Assembly: GCA_951406725.2 (NCBI GenBank)
Contig: OX597836.1
Coordinates: 30,938,001 to 31,002,000, forward strand
Direction: 5' to 3'
DNA from: Octopus vulgaris
Taxonomy: Eukaryota
DNA length: 64,000 nt
Within the stretch, counting starts at the first letter, position 1. Every line of letters starts with the position of its first letter. The notes under the pieces were generated by a model that was not told the origin of the DNA, made no database searches, and was given only the letters and a program-made list of their open reading frames with translations. Position numbers and translations under genes: made by a program. Positions 26,405-41,151 of the stretch are shown here, in pieces.

Positions 26405-26893
26405 TACATACATATATACATACATATATATAAATTTAATGCACTGTTTATGGATTTAACTAATCCAGTGGTACTCATAAAAAACACTCCTTTGATGGAT
26501 CAGGCTACAAACCACATACTAAACCAAAACTAAACAACAGGAATATAATGCATAATCTGATGCAGCTGAAACACAATAAATCCAGTTGGTAATGATTATT
26601 TCATTAGGAGCGTATAAGATATAAAGAAGGAGAGGAGGTATAAGATGGAAAATATTTATTTCACCAATTGGCATCCATATGATCATTTTGCAGCCTTTAT
26701 CATACGATTGTAGTTATATGGTTAAAATGAGACGATGAGCAATGGCTAGGAGAATATTGAGCAAAACATGATAACCACTTGATGTAGCAGGTGGGGGCTT
26801 CATTTCGGTAAGCGGGGCCAATGTGCAATGATGCTGTCAAGAGGAAGGCCTCAAAATAGTGTGCGTTCTCTCTTGACAACATCATAAATTTGT

Positions 26894-27011
26894 TTGCATC
26901 TGGTATGCAGAGCTTTCAACTGGTAGCACTTGCATCTGGTATGCAGAGCTTTCAACTGGTAGCACTTGCATCTGGTATGCAGAGCTTTCAACTGGTAGCA
27001 CTTGCATCTGG
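26894..27011. repeat. 36-bp perfect tandem repeat, ~3.3 copies
   Basis: Unit ttgcatctggtatgcagagctttcaactggtagcac. Confidence 0.95.
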
Positions 27012-27035
27012 AAGTTTTTTGCAAAATGAAAAAAA

Positions 27036-27069
<34 letters not shown>

Positions 27070-29502
27070 AGTCAGTGGGCAAGCAAAAGAAAGAGGTACT
27101 CAATGCATTTAGTAAAAGTTGCTTATATTATTATCTAAAGCAGTTTGATTTGATTCCATTGCTACAGGCTCATCATTGAAACCTAGCTTGCTAGGCTCAG
27201 GCACTCAACCACCTGAGCCTGATGAGCTAAGTTCCTGTGACAAGCTTACAAAACTTTGAGCTGTATGGGGCCAAATCAAAAATAATAATAAGAGCATTCA
27301 GAGAGCACAAACCTCTGCCAAGGCGACACCAACATACTCTCAATGATTAGCTGGAGAGGATTTTTAAAATGACAATACCTGAAATAAACTCGACTGCTCT
27401 CACAAACGAAAATACTAAAAATGAACCCGACTCCTCTCAAAAATTAAATAAAAAACCAGAAAAATAATCCAGAATCCATGTCCAGTACCTGATTGGTCCC
27501 AGAATCTAATCAGTTTGTGCCACTCACAAGACCTATCACAAAAATGGCTGGTTGTAGCCTTCACATGTGTGGGACTTTCAATCAGGCGGGAGCAATACTC
27601 GAACATGGGTTTGCTGCCATCATAGTTTTGTTATATAGATTCTTAAGAATCAAGGTACATCAACTTGTAGGATGCCAGAAATGTTTAGTTGCAGTAACAC
27701 AAAGCTCATGTTGAAATGAAATATATACATTTCATATAAAAATTCATATATACACTCATACAGAGGAATTGGTCATTTTTTAAAGGTTCTAGATAATTTT
27801 AGACAAAAGGAAAATTGGGGGAGAGTTTAGTCAAGATTGTACTAAACGAAGCCAAGGAGAGAGACTCTATGTAGAAGGGCTCCCTATCTTGAAATATGAA
27901 ACTGTCATCTTTTGTTGTTCTTTCTTTTTATTTGCAAGTCAGCCATGAATAAGCAGACATATAACAAGAGGTTTTCATCAGGGACCTATTGAGTCAACAT
28001 CAACAGCAATATCAAAATCAAATCAAATGGAAATTGCAGTTGTGACCCCCGTGCCAGTAGCACATAAAAAGCACCATCTAAATGTGGTCAATGCCAGTGT
28101 CGCTTTGACTGGCTTCCGTGCCGGTGGCGCATAAAAAGCACCATCTGAACTTGGTCGATGCCAGCTCCTCTGGCTCCTGTGCCAGTGGCACATAAAAAGC
28201 ACACACTACACTCTCGGAGTGGTTGGCGTTAGGAAGGGCATCCAGCTATAGAAACACTGCCAGATCAGATTGGGGCCTGGTGCAGCCTCCTGTCTTCCCA
28301 GACCCCAGTCAAACCATCCAACCCATGCCAGCATGGAAAACGGACGTTAAATGATAATGATGATGATGAAGACATTATCCCACAAATCCTTTCATTTACA
28401 AGATGATAGAGTATGATTTGATAAAGTTCTTTAGCTGCTATTTCTAGCATTTTGGGTTACTACATAGAGTCATTCCAAGCCCTGTTGGAATGAAGCCAGA
28501 GTGAAACTTTGGTGGATATTTGAAGTGCCTCTGATGTACAAATTTTTAGTTCTTAGTTGTTATTGATTAGTACAGAGGTTTCCATTCATATTAATAAATG
28601 ACGACACAAGTCAAGGGAGAGGTAATCGATAAGTCTTCTTTATATTTTGGACATCTGCTGCTTCATGTTACATAGATAGAAACAGCTAATTCTTGTTAAG
28701 AAAAATTTACAATCTATATAGATTGTAAGCATGGCTGTGTGGTAGGAAGTTTGCTTCCCAACCACAAGGTTCCGGGTTCAGTCCCACTGCATGGCACCTT
28801 GGGCAAGTGTCTCTTCTACTATAGACCAGGGACAAGCAAAGCCTTCAGAGTAGATTTGGTAGACAGAAACGGAAAGAAGCCTGTGTATATGTGTGTATGC
28901 ATGTGTGTGTGTGTATCTGTGTGTGTGTATCTGTGTGTGTATCTGTGTGTGTGTGTGTGTTGTGTGTGTGTGTGTGTGTGAGTGCGTGTGTGTGTGAGCG
29001 TTTGTGTGTGTGTGTGTGTGTGACAGCCTGCTGTGTAACCTTGGATCGTAGAGTGACCCGCAACATCAAAATAAAAATTAAATGGAAATTGTAGTTAAGA
29101 TACCCGTGCTGGTGGCACATAAAAACACCTTCCATAATGTGGTCATAATGTGCTTCAAATGACACCACCCCACTGGCTAGGCAAGCAGGTCAACATTCCC
29201 CCCTGATCAAAAGGGAGACTGGAGCAATGTGAAATCAAGTGTTTTGCTGAAGAACACACTGCGCCTCCCAAGCAGGGAATCGAACCCTCGATCTAGAGAC
29301 TGTGAGTCCAACAGCCTAACCACTAGGTCATGTGCCTTCACATATACATATATTTAAAGAGATTTGTTGTGTAAGGGGTCATAACAATGCCAGAAGCTAC
29401 AAAGCAAACTACAAAAGGAAAAGGAAAAGAAAACAAAAAAAAAAGCAAAGTTGCTGTTTACCTTGTATTTCTATATTTCAGGGTTATAACCCCTTCTTCA
29501 GG

Positions 29503-29506
<4 letters not shown>

Positions 29507-29539
<33 letters not shown>

Positions 29540-29797
29540 TCACCACCGCAGCCTCTTATCTGGATTCAAGACAACAGTGGTTGTTGTTGTTGTTGGTGAC
29601 GATGACGACGACGATGACGGTGGTGGAGGTGGTGGTGGTGGTGGTGGTGATGATGATGATGGTGATGATGACGGTGGTGGTGGTGGTGGTGGTGGTGGTG
29701 TGATGATGGTGATGATGATGATGACGGTGGTGGTGATGGTGGTGGTGGTGGTGGTGGTGGTGGTGGTGATGATGTTGATGATGATGATGATGATGAT
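29507..29797. repeat. Compound microsatellite (TG)n/(TTG)n/(GAT,GGT,GAC)n
   Basis: Read directly; accounts for the poly-G/D/V/H/P ORFs. Confidence 0.97.
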
Positions 29798-30477
29798 TGG
29801 AGATGCAAATCTATAAATTTGCACAGAATTTTGCAAAAATATCCATAAACTTAAGGTATTGTAGTAAAAACCATTCGGAGAAGGGGAAAACCTCAAAATC
29901 ACACTCCAGTGACTTCTTATCATCCTTTTATTGGAACAATCTAGAAGATGATCACAGTATAGAGCAGAGGACACACATTAGCCATTCAGAAATGCTGTGT
30001 GGCGTTGTCAGTGACCAGCTTGTGGTTTCGAGTAATGAAAATTTCCACACCATATTCCAAACAATAAATGTTTAAGCGAAGTTTACAATCTTTGTATGCT
30101 TCTGAATGGCTAACTTGTGTCCACTATGCTGTGATTGATTTAGTTTCAACACATGGTCTTATCAAAACATTTGCCTGGCAAATACACCTCCATAATCTAG
30201 AAGATATAAAATATGCATTTGAAATAGTTTCTGGTCATGTTACTTTCGCTTGTTATTGGAAAGTTAAGTATTCTTAGACAGTAAGATAAGTGTGAGAAAA
30301 TAAAAACACACAAAAAAAAGGGAAAAAGCATATGTTACTATAGTATAATGATATGCAGAAGTCTCTTATGAGATGGCTGTCATCTGACATGAAGAAGCAG
30401 TCGCCATGTATATGTAAATAATGTAAATATATGTAAATGTGTGTGTGTACAGATGTGTATGTATCTCTGTGTGTGTG

Positions 30478-30516
<39 letters not shown>

Positions 30517-30550
30517 TTTATATAAATATATGTACATATATAAATGTATG

Positions 30551-30584
<34 letters not shown>

Positions 30585-30840
30585 CACACACACACATGTA
30601 CATATATGTGTGTGTGTATATGTATAATTATATATATATATATATATACACACACATGTATATATATGTGTGTGTGTATATGTATAATTATATATATATA
30701 CACACACACATGTATATATATGTGTGTGTGTGTGTATATGTATAATATATATACACACGTATATGTATATATAGATATCATATATACATACACACACATA
30801 TATATGTATATGTACATATATATAACCATATAAATGTATG

Positions 30841-30900
<60 letters not shown>

Positions 30901-31220
30901 TATTATTGTAGATGTCATAGGAATTTAGAAACTTCGAGAATGTGAAATATTTCGTATTTTGGAATGGTCAATGTTGAAATAGATGAAGCTATGAATATTC
31001 CTTTCTGTAGGTACAAGGCCTGAAAATTTTTCACATTTCATTCCTTTTACCCTAGTGTTGAACTGGTACCTATTTTATTGACTCCAAAAGGATGAAAGGC
31101 CAAGTCAACCTTTGTGGAATTTGAACTGAGAATATAAACCTGGAAGAAATGATTCTAAGCATAAAAGCAATTCTACCAGCTCACTGCATAATAATAACAA
31201 TGATAATAGTAATGATAAAT

Positions 31221-31745
31221 GTCACTATCCTCTGGGATTTTCCAGTCAACACAGACAGACCAATCCAGACTAATCAACCAGACCTAATTATTAAAGATAG
31301 GGAAGAAAAATACTTGTAGACTAATAGATGTAAGTGTTCCCATTGATAAATATATATCTGTAAATGAATTTGACTAATTAAGTAAATATAACGGCCTGGA
31401 AATTGAAATACAAAAGATATGGCATCTTAAAGTGAAAACTGTTCCTGTTATTGTAGGTTCCTTAGGTAATGAAAAAAAGGGATGCCAGAAACATCTAGAT
31501 AACATCCCAGGAGAACCATGTCTCAGAAAAATCCAAAAGGTTGTGCTGACAAATACTGCCCACATCCTTAGAAAAACCCTATCAATTTAAATGTCTGTGT
31601 TGTATTACATGAAGCTATTTCACTACTTCCCCTTCCCAAGCCTTTAGTCATACTGTAACATCTCTTATCCTTCACTTGCCTTAGGATGTTGGGTGTGTCT
31701 CGGCGAGTGATTGTAACAAACATACAGATTGAGAGTAAATACCAA
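31221..31745 (+). mobile_element. 5'-truncated R4/Dong-type non-LTR retrotransposon (restriction-like endonuclease domain plus 3' UTR)
   Basis: VTILWDFPVNTDRPIQTNQPDLIIKD../LIDVSVP...KYNGLEIEIQKIWHLKVKTVPVIVGSLG...TAHILRKTLSI* with a frameshift and a stop; embedded in (AAT)n; second 3' tip at ~32015-32080. Confidence 0.9.
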
Positions 31746-32671
31746 TAATAATAATAATAATAGTTTCAAATTTTGGAACAAGGCCAGCAATTTCGGGGCA
31801 GTGGATAAGTAAATTATATCAACCCTTATGTTCAACTTGTACTTATTTTATTGACCCCTAAAGGATGTAAGGCAATGTCAATCTTATTAGAATTTGAACT
31901 CAGAACGTAACAACAGATGAAATACTGCTAAGCATTTTTCCCAACATGCTAGCAATTCTACCAGCTCACTGCCTGAAAAAAAAAATAGAATAATAATAAT
32001 AATAATAATAATGCACTCACTCCAGGATGTTGGGTGTGTCTCGGTAAGTGAATGTAACAAACATGAAGATTAAAAGTAAAGTAACAACAACAACAACAAC
32101 AACAATAACAACAATAATAACAACAACAACAATAATAATAATAATAATATCCTTTCTACTATAGGCACAAGGTCTGAAATTTTTGGGGAGATGGCAAGTC
32201 GATTACATTGACCCCAGTACTCAACTGGTACTTATTTCATTGACCCCGAAAGGATGAAAGGCAAAGTTGACCTCGGTGGAATTTGTACTCAGAACATAAA
32301 ACCGAAAGAAATGTCAGCAGACATTTTATCCAATTTGCTAACAACTCTGCCATAATTGTAACAATCTTCTCTATTGTGGGCACAAGACCTGAAATTTTTG
32401 GTGGGTTGGGGGCTAGTTGAGTACATCAACCTAGTACTTGACTGGTACTTTATTTTATCAACTGCAGAAGGATAAAGTGGAAGCATGTAGCTTAGTGGTT
32501 AGGGTGTCAGACTCATGATTGTGAGATTAAAGTTTCGATTCCTGGGCTGGGTGACGCATTGTGTTTTTGAGCAAGACACTTCATTTCATGTTGCTCCAGT
32601 CTGGTCTCGGCTGGTAAAAATGAGTAATCCTGCAACAGACCGGTGTCCCATCCAGGAGGGGAATATATATA

Positions 32672-33262
32672 TATTTCTTTATTGCCCTCAAGGAGCTAAA
32701 CACAGAGGGGACAAACAAGGACAGACAAACGGATTAAGTCGATTACATCGACCCCAGTATGCAACTGGTACTAATTTATCGACCCCGAAAAGATGAAAGG
32801 TAAAGTAGACCTTGGCGGAATTTGAACTCAGAACGTAGTGGCAGACAAAATACCTATTTCTTTACTACCCACTAGGGGCTAAACACAGAGGAGACAAACA
32901 AACGGATTAAGTCAATTATATCGACCCCAGTGCACAACTGGTACTTATGTAATCGACCCCGAAAGGATGAAAGGTAAAGTTGACCTTGGTGGAATTTGAA
33001 CTCAGAACGTAGTGGCAGACAAAATACCTATTTCTTTACTACCCACAAGGGGCTAAACACAGAGGAGACAAACAAGGTCAAACAAACGGATTAAGTCGAT
33101 TACATAGACCCCAGTGTGCAACTGGTACTTATTTAATCGACCCCGAAAGGATGAAAGGCAAAGTCGACCTCGGTGGAATTTGAACTCAGAACGTAACGGC
33201 AGACGAAATACCGCTAAGCATTTCACCCAGCGCGCTAACATTTCTGCCAGCTTGCCGCCTTA
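32672..33262 (-). mobile_element. Head-to-tail trimer of SINE family B
   Basis: Three units of ~175-185 bp joined at gaaataggtattt; only one carries the 5' head. Confidence 0.9.
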
Positions 33263-33266
33263 AGGG

Positions 33267-33369
<103 letters not shown>

Positions 33370-35006
33370 ATGGAAACCAAGAAACCAGGAAACCAGTCTT
33401 ATGAGTCTCTATGACTTGGGACGGTTCTTTATATCCCCCCAACAGTTTTTTTTAAAAGATAAAAAGTAAAGTCAATCTCAGCTCAAGTGTAATTACAATA
33501 ATAATAGTTGTTGTTGTTGTTGTGACCATCACCATCTCATTTTTGCCATGACAGCAGTTTATTTATAATACTGATTATCCTGTTCCCCATTTCTTTTGGC
33601 TACAATTTTTATTATTCTGTTGTCTTGACAATTTCTGTATGGTTAACGACAGATTGAGTTGCAGAGTGGATGAATGCAAACTCACATGGCTGCGTGTATG
33701 TTTGGCGCAGGTGTGCTTGGAGTATGTGTGTGTGGGTGTGTGCATACATAAAGGTGTGGGCGAGTGTTTTTTTGCATGTTTACTCATGTTGAAACATACT
33801 TCTCACTCTCTCTGTTTCTCTCTCTCTGTCTGTCTCTGTCTCTCTCTCCCTGTGTCTCTCTCTGTCTCTCTCTCTGTCTCCCTCTCTGTATCTCTCTCTT
33901 TCTCTCCCTTGGGCTGCCTCATGTATGTGTGTGTATGTGTGAGGAAGAGTATGTATGTATGCATGTATGCATGTATGTATGTATGCATGCATGTATGTAT
34001 GTATGTATGTGTGTGTGTGTATGTATGTATGTATGCATGCATGTATGTATGTATGTATGTGTGCCCTGTGAATGTTACGTGTTTGGGTGTGTGTTTGTGT
34101 GTACGTGTGTATGTGTGTGTGTGTGTGTTTGCTTGCATGTTTGCTCATGTTGAAACACCTTTCTCTCTCTCTCCTGTTTTCTCTCGCTCTCTTTCTGCCT
34201 TTCCCTTGGTCTACCCCCATGTATATGTGTATATGTGTGATGAAGAATATGTGTGTACGTGCGTCCTGTGAAATGTTAAGTGTGTGGGTATGTGAATGTG
34301 TGTTTGAGTTTTGTGCATGTATTTGTGTACGTGTATATATGTGCATGTTTGCGTATGTGTGTATGTGTATGTATGCGTATGTATGTGTATGCATGTGTCT
34401 AATTGCTTGCATACCAGAGTGAAGATGTGTGCATGTGTTTGGAAGCATACATGAGTATATATCTTGGTATATGTGTCTTGTGTGTATGTGTGTGTGTACT
34501 CATGCACATTGTGTGTGTGTGTGTGTGTGTACTCATGCACATTGTGTGTGTGTGTGTGTATGCTGTGAACAAATGGTATAACCTTGTTCGGTAATTTCTG
34601 TGTGCCATGTTTCTTGTATTTATCATTAGTATTATTCTTGTTGTTATTGTTGTTGGATGTTACCATGGAAACCCACTAAGAGAGGACACCTTCCTGCTGT
34701 GCTGTGTGGTCGTTGGTCAGTTCCAGAATTAATCAGGCATTGTGTAGACCACCGTTTTCTAAGTTCTACCTGATTAACAGGTAACCATTGCTTTTTCTGG
34801 GAAGGCTTCCTCAGTCCCTCAAGATTCTGCTGAATTTCTTCATCAGTCACGGTTGTGGTTATGTGGTAAGAAGCTTACTTCCCAACCACATGTTCCTGGG
34901 TTCATTCCCACTGAATAGCACTTTGGGCAAGTACCTTCTACTATAGCATTAGGCCAACCAAAGCCTTGCGAGTAGATTTGGTAGATGGAAACTGAAAGAA
35001 GCCTGT

Positions 35007-35056
<50 letters not shown>

Positions 35057-35153
35057 ATCCAAACATGAAAACACAAAGAGAAAACACAACAAAGTGAGGA
35101 CGTGGAACAAATATAGTATTATTGGATGCTCAGGAAGGAAGGGAAGAAGGAGG

Positions 35154-35188
35154 GTTTTACGTTTCAAGCGGAGCTCTTCGTCAGAAAC
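35154..35188 (-). ncRNA. Minimal type I hammerhead motif with an intact core
   Basis: Minus strand GTTT CTGACGA A GAGC TCC GCTT GAAAC GTA AAAC: stem I GTTT/AAAC, stem II GAGC/GCTT, palindromic ACGT stem III, GUA site. Confidence 0.75.
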
Positions 35189-35961
35189 ATAGGAAAAGGA
35201 AAGATCCAGAGAAGGGAAGCCGGAGGAAAAAAAATCGCCAACGGTACACACGTGGTCATATTTTAAACATATATACATATGTATATGTATGTGTATATAT
35301 ATATATATATATATATTTCATCATTATCATCATTTAACGTCTGCTTTCCATGCTAGCATGGGTTGGATGATTTGACTGAGGACTAGCAAACCAGATGGCT
35401 GCACCAGGCTCCAATCTGATCTGGCAGTTTCTACAGCTTGATGGCCATCCTAATGCCAACCACTCCGAGAGTGTAGTGGGCACTTTGATGTGCCACCGGC
35501 ACGAGTGCCAGACTAGTGGTACTGGCTGCAGCCACACTCAAATATTCTACTTCTTTTATTTTCAGACTGGCCACAGCTGGCCTCTCACACCTACCCTACA
35601 ATGTCATTTTCCATATAAACAGTCACATCATTGGAATCACAAAGCTATGAGATAATACATAATTAATTGAAAACAATGTGAATAAATAAGCATTATATTT
35701 GATAGAGTAATCTGAATGCTAAAGGCTTAACCGTTTAGCATTTAAACTGACCATGTCCAGCCCAGATATTCTACCTGTTTTATGGTCAAACTGGCCAGAT
35801 CCAGCCCCTCATACCTACCCTACAAAATATTTTTATTGCTTTAAAAACATAATTGCAGATAAAAAGCAACTTAAAAATTTTAATTACTGAGGATTATTAC
35901 ACACATGTGTGTGAGAACACTTTGAGATATTTTTGGTATCTAACATATGTCAGATACTGCA

Positions 35962-36251
35962 AGCGCTGCTTCTGATTGGTCAATCCATGGTGATGACCCG
36001 AGGTCACGGTGACAGCGCTGCTTCTGATTGGTCAATTCATGGTGATGACCCGAGGTCATGGTGACGGCACTACTTTTGTCATTCATAAGTTACAACTAAA
36101 CGTGAAGAATTTAGTTATTGGGTTAATAAAATATGGTCGTTTATTCGTGTGTAATAAATAAAATACCAAACTCATTCCCTATGGATTCTGTATTTATTAC
36201 AACTCGTGGCTTGTAATAAATACGGTATCCATAGGGAACTCGTTTGGTATT
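35962..36251. repeat. Element with a 52-bp tandem duplication (ctgattggtcaat motif) and a 90-bp terminal hairpin
   Basis: 35962-36013 repeats at 36014-36065; 36162-36251 folds back around actcgtgg. Confidence 0.8.
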
Positions 36252-36980
36252 CTCTCTGTATTAGATTTAATTTTTATTTTTTAATAATTGTAATATCTTG
36301 ACTACATTATATTTTACTTGTTTCAGTCATTAGACTGCGCTCATTCTGGAGCACAGCATTGTACTTATTGAAATCTCAAAGCTATGAGATAGTACATGGT
36401 TAATTCAAAATCATGTGAATAAAATAAGCATTACATTTGACATTCTGATCTGAATGCTAAAAGGCTTAACTGTAAAAAAATAATTTTTCCTGAAGCTGAA
36501 GAAAAAAATGATTTTTTAATTGTTTTTCTTTTAACCCTTTCCTTGGCATATTTCTATTGAAATTTCATTGCCATTGTTTTAATTGATTGAAAATAATTAA
36601 AAATTTATTAAAATAACTTTGTCATTAGCAAATTGATGGTTGCAACATGAATTGACATGGAACTGTGATGAAAGATTTTAATTTAGATCATTTAAAAATA
36701 GGAAGCTTGTATTATAGAACCAGAGGCAGTCTTGTGGGTCTCTGGTGAATTTATCTTTTTACTTGCTTCAGTTATTAGACTGCGGCCATGCTGGGGCTCT
36801 GCCTCGAATATTTAGTCAAATGAATCTACCCCAGAACTTATTTTTTAAGCCTGGTACTTATTCTATTGGTCTCTTTTGCTGAACTGTCTGCTTACAGGGA
36901 TGCAAACACACCAACACTGGTTGTCAAGTGGTGGTGGGGGACAAATACAGACACAAAAACACACACATATATACATACAA

Positions 36981-37074
<94 letters not shown>

Positions 37075-37689
37075 GATGGGCTTGCTTCAGTTCCGTCTAC
37101 CAAATCAACTTGCAAGGCTTTGGTCAGCCTGAGGCTATAGTAGATGACACTTGCCCAAGATGCCATGCAATGGGACTGAACCCTGAATCATGTGGCTGGG
37201 AAGCAAGCTTCTTACCACACAGCCATGCCTATGCCCTGGTATTTTTTTATGAGAAGGGTTAAATGTTTCTCCATCCTCAGTTTCTCTGTCTTTCTCTCTC
37301 TCCTTTCATTGCATTGTGAGTGCTACATTGATTACGTCTTGAGATTTTTTATTCTAATGAGCCATTGAGGAAACTTTGACACCAGTCATAGACAAACTGT
37401 GGCTGATTGGATCTTCTGAATTGTATGCCTAGCCAAAACATTACTCTGAATTTTTTTGTAGTGCAGCCCACCTGATGATAACCCATGTCTCATGTGGCCC
37501 ACTTCATGAAAAATTTTGCTCATGCCTGCTCTTCATGGTGATCATTTGATTTGCCAAAAATAGCTGCCAAATCTCTCTACTCTTTTAAAAATGATGTGTT
37601 GGTTAAATAATGTAATGCTAGATACATTGTACCTAAAACAAAGGTTGGGTGGTTATGACTTGAATGTTTTTTTTAGCCTTATATCTGCT

Positions 37690-37990
37690 GGATCTGTGCA
37701 GAATACTCAAGATCACATATAGGGACAGAATCACAAGCTCTGACTGAAATCCTGAGAAGAACCACTTCACACAGCCTGTTGGAGAGTTTGACAGAAAGAA
37801 GAGTGAGACTTGCAGGTCATGTTTTCTAATTGCCAGAAGGACAAATATCCAAGACAGTTATACAAAGGGTTCTTCCAGAGGGATGAAGAAAGAGAGAGAA
37901 ATCCAAGAAGGCATGGAATGCCACCTTTAAAGAAAGTCTGAAGTAACTTGCATCCCCTGCGAAGATGCAGTTGACCATATTCAAAACCAA
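37690..37990 (+). mobile_element. Decayed RTE-clade LINE C-terminal fragment
   Basis: LCRILKITYRDRIT../SLLESLTERRVRLAGHVF*LPEGQISKTVIQRVLPEG*RKREKSKKAW. Confidence 0.75.
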
Positions 37991-38782
37991 GATTATTGCA
38001 GGCCATCTGTATTGGAGGAAGTAAGACTTCTATGACTAAGATCTTCTGGGTTAGGGCTGGCTTGATGTGATTTAAGAGTGGGGGTCTCTTGGCCCCTTTG
38101 GCCATGGGACACACCATAGAATTGTATGTTCAAACTGCATTTTCTATTAACACGAACCAATGGCAGTTGTTGGTATTTATGAAAGGGGCTTGTAAATAAT
38201 GTAATGTAAAATTACTATGTTCAGTCTTGCATGTAAAGATATTGTCTTCTATGATTCAGTGATTACCATGATATTGAATAAATTAACTTCTTTGCATTGA
38301 ATAAATGTTTGAAATATTTCGCAATAAACAGCATCACTTCATTCTCTCTTTCTCTGTCTGTGTCTGTCTGTTTGTTCTTTCTTCATCCATTTTGAATATG
38401 TTTGTGTGTGTGTGTGCCATGAGGGAGACAAGAATGCTGACATTTCAAAGAGAACTCTTATTTGAAAGAAGTTAAATAAATTTCTTATCTTTACTATATA
38501 ACATTTCTCCATGTAGACCACCACCAGTTTACTTAAAATCTGGTTTTTATTTACTATCTCTTTCTCTATATATACATCATCATCATCATCATCATGGGTT
38601 GGACAGTTTGACTAGGGTTGGCAAGCTGCATCAGACTCTAATCTGTCTGTCTGTCAATATATTTATATCTGCCTATATGTTTGGTTGTTTTTCTCTTGCA
38701 CAATGTGTGTATACACACACACAGATACATACATACATATATATGTATACATATATATATATACATATATATATATATATGT

Positions 38783-38843
<61 letters not shown>

Positions 38844-40139
38844 CCGTATTTCGTCTGCCGTTACGTTCTGGGTTCAAATTCCACCGTGGTCGACTTTGCC
38901 TTTCATCCTTTCGGGGTCGATAAATTAAGTACCAGTTACGCACTGGGGTCGATGTAATCAACTTAATCCCTTTCTGTCCTTTCTATGTTTAGCCCCTTGT
39001 GGGTAATAAAAAAACATATATATATATATACACACACAGATATGTAGATATATGTGTGTGTTGCAAAAAATATACATATATTGTTGATGCCATATGAATT
39101 AAGCTACAAATAATAGCATGTAAATATTGGGTTAAAAGACCCTTTGGGTAGGAAGTGTTGAAGTCTGCTTGTGAGGCTTGAACCCACATCTTCTGTAAAT
39201 ATGACGGATGTTCTACCACTGGACCAAGGCATTCCTTCAAGTTTTTAAATCCATTTTAGAAACTTTATTCTTTCCAGCAAGAATTGTATATTGTTGATGT
39301 CATAAGAATTTAGAAACTTTGAGAATGTGAAATAATTCTTTTTAGGAATGGTTAATCTTGAAGAAAGTATAGTTGAGATGTGGGATCAAGTCCCAGGAGC
39401 AACCTTTGACTTTTTCTATTCAAATGTTTTTTTAAACCAATATTTGCATGATATTATTTAAAGATTTCTTTAAGGTGGTGAGCTGGCAGAATCATTAGCA
39501 TGCCTGGCAAAAGTGCTTTCATCCTTCTTTACATTTGGAGTTCAAATTCTGCTAAGGTTGACTTTGCCTTTCATCTTTTTGAGGTTGATAAATAAATACA
39601 GGTTGCATACTGGGGTTGATCTAATCAACTATCCCCCTCCCCCAAATTGCAGGCCTTGTACCTATAGTAGAAAGGATTGATTATGGATTTCTTTATCTGC
39701 TCTGAGATTCATCATTCCTAGAAAGAATTATGTTTTCGTATTTATATTTCTGTTTGTCTGTCTGTGTTCGTGTCTCTCTCTCTATCTTACAATCAATTCT
39801 TTTCTTCTCTTGGCACAAGGCCTGAAATTTAGGGGGAGGGGGCCAGTTGATTAGATTGACTCCCATATGCAACTGGTAATTAATTTCCCGACCCTGAAAC
39901 GATGAAAGGAAAAGTCGACCTCGGCGGAATTTGAACTCAGAACATAAAGACAGATGAAATACCGCTAAGCATTTCGCCTGGTGTGCTAACATAATGCTTA
40001 GCTGTAATTCATCTCTTACAATCAATTGATCTATCAATCTACCACAGAATGTTGATGGGTCTGTAGCACAAGACATCAATTTTTCACCATTTTTCACAGC
40101 AATCTAACTGATTGAAACACAGTAAACACTTCTTTGAAA

Positions 40140-40630
40140 TTACTATCTATCTACCTATCTATTTATCTATCTGTCTGTTAGTCTTATCTGTCTGTCTCTC
40201 TCTTTCTCTCTCTGTCTTTCTTTCTCTCTCTCTGTCTTTCTATCTCTCTCTCTGTCTTTCTATCTCTCTCTCTGTCTTTCTATCTCTCTCTCTGTCTTGC
40301 TATCTCTCCCTGTCTTTCTATCTCTCTCTCTCTCTGTCTTTCTATCTCTTTCTCTCTCTGTCTTTCTATATCTCTCTCTCTCTCTCTGTCTTTCTATATA
40401 TCTCTCTCTCTCTGTCTTTCTATATCTCTCTCTGTCTTTCTATATATCTCTCTCTCTCTGTCTTTCTATATCTCTCTCTGTCTTTATATCTCTCTCTCTG
40501 TCTTTCTCTCTCTCTCTTCCTATCTCTCTCTCTCTCTCTCTGTCTTTCTATCTCTCTCTCAGTCTTTCTATCTCTCTCTCTTTGTCCTTCACTAACTTGC
40601 ATCCCCCTCCTCTTTTTCTCTCTCTTATTC
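40140..40630. repeat. Long polypyrimidine (CT)n/CTGTCTTTCTAT complex satellite
   Basis: Read directly. Confidence 0.95.
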
Positions 40631-41056
40631 ATAAATAATATCCAAGAAAATTCAAATTAAATACTTCTAAAAGTGCAAGATAGCTGTTCCCACCTTTTGA
40701 TTATTTCTAATTGTTTTCATCAATTTTCTTATCAATTTCCAGTATTTTATTTATTAACATATTTCCATTGTTATTATTTTAAATGAATTTCAATAATCAT
40801 TTTTTTAAAGCTATAATTCAGTTTTCTACACAGTTTACACTGAATATTTAATTTCATTAATGTCACATATTATTCTTTTATTTGTTACCTTTTACTTGTT
40901 TCAGTCACTGGACTGTGGCCATGCTGGAACAAGTTGACCATAGTACTTATTTTGTGTTTTTTTTTTAAAGCCTGGTACTTACTCTATTGGTCTTTTTCTT
41001 TTGAACTGGTAATTTATGGGGACATAAGGAAATCAACACACAAACACAAAGACAAA

Positions 41057-41105
<49 letters not shown>

Positions 41106-41151
41106 TTTCCGTTATTTTCTTTCGCGGCCTAATCGATGCAAGTTATAAACA

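Noticed and set aside
27165-27232. GAAAC...CTGATGA within hairpins, a possible type II hammerhead
   Set aside because: No UH cleavage site in register with stem I and no stem II pairing; better explained as a simple hairpin.
29797-30277. 92-aa and 69-aa non-repetitive ORFs
   Set aside because: No recognisable domain or convincing splice sites; length is within chance expectation.
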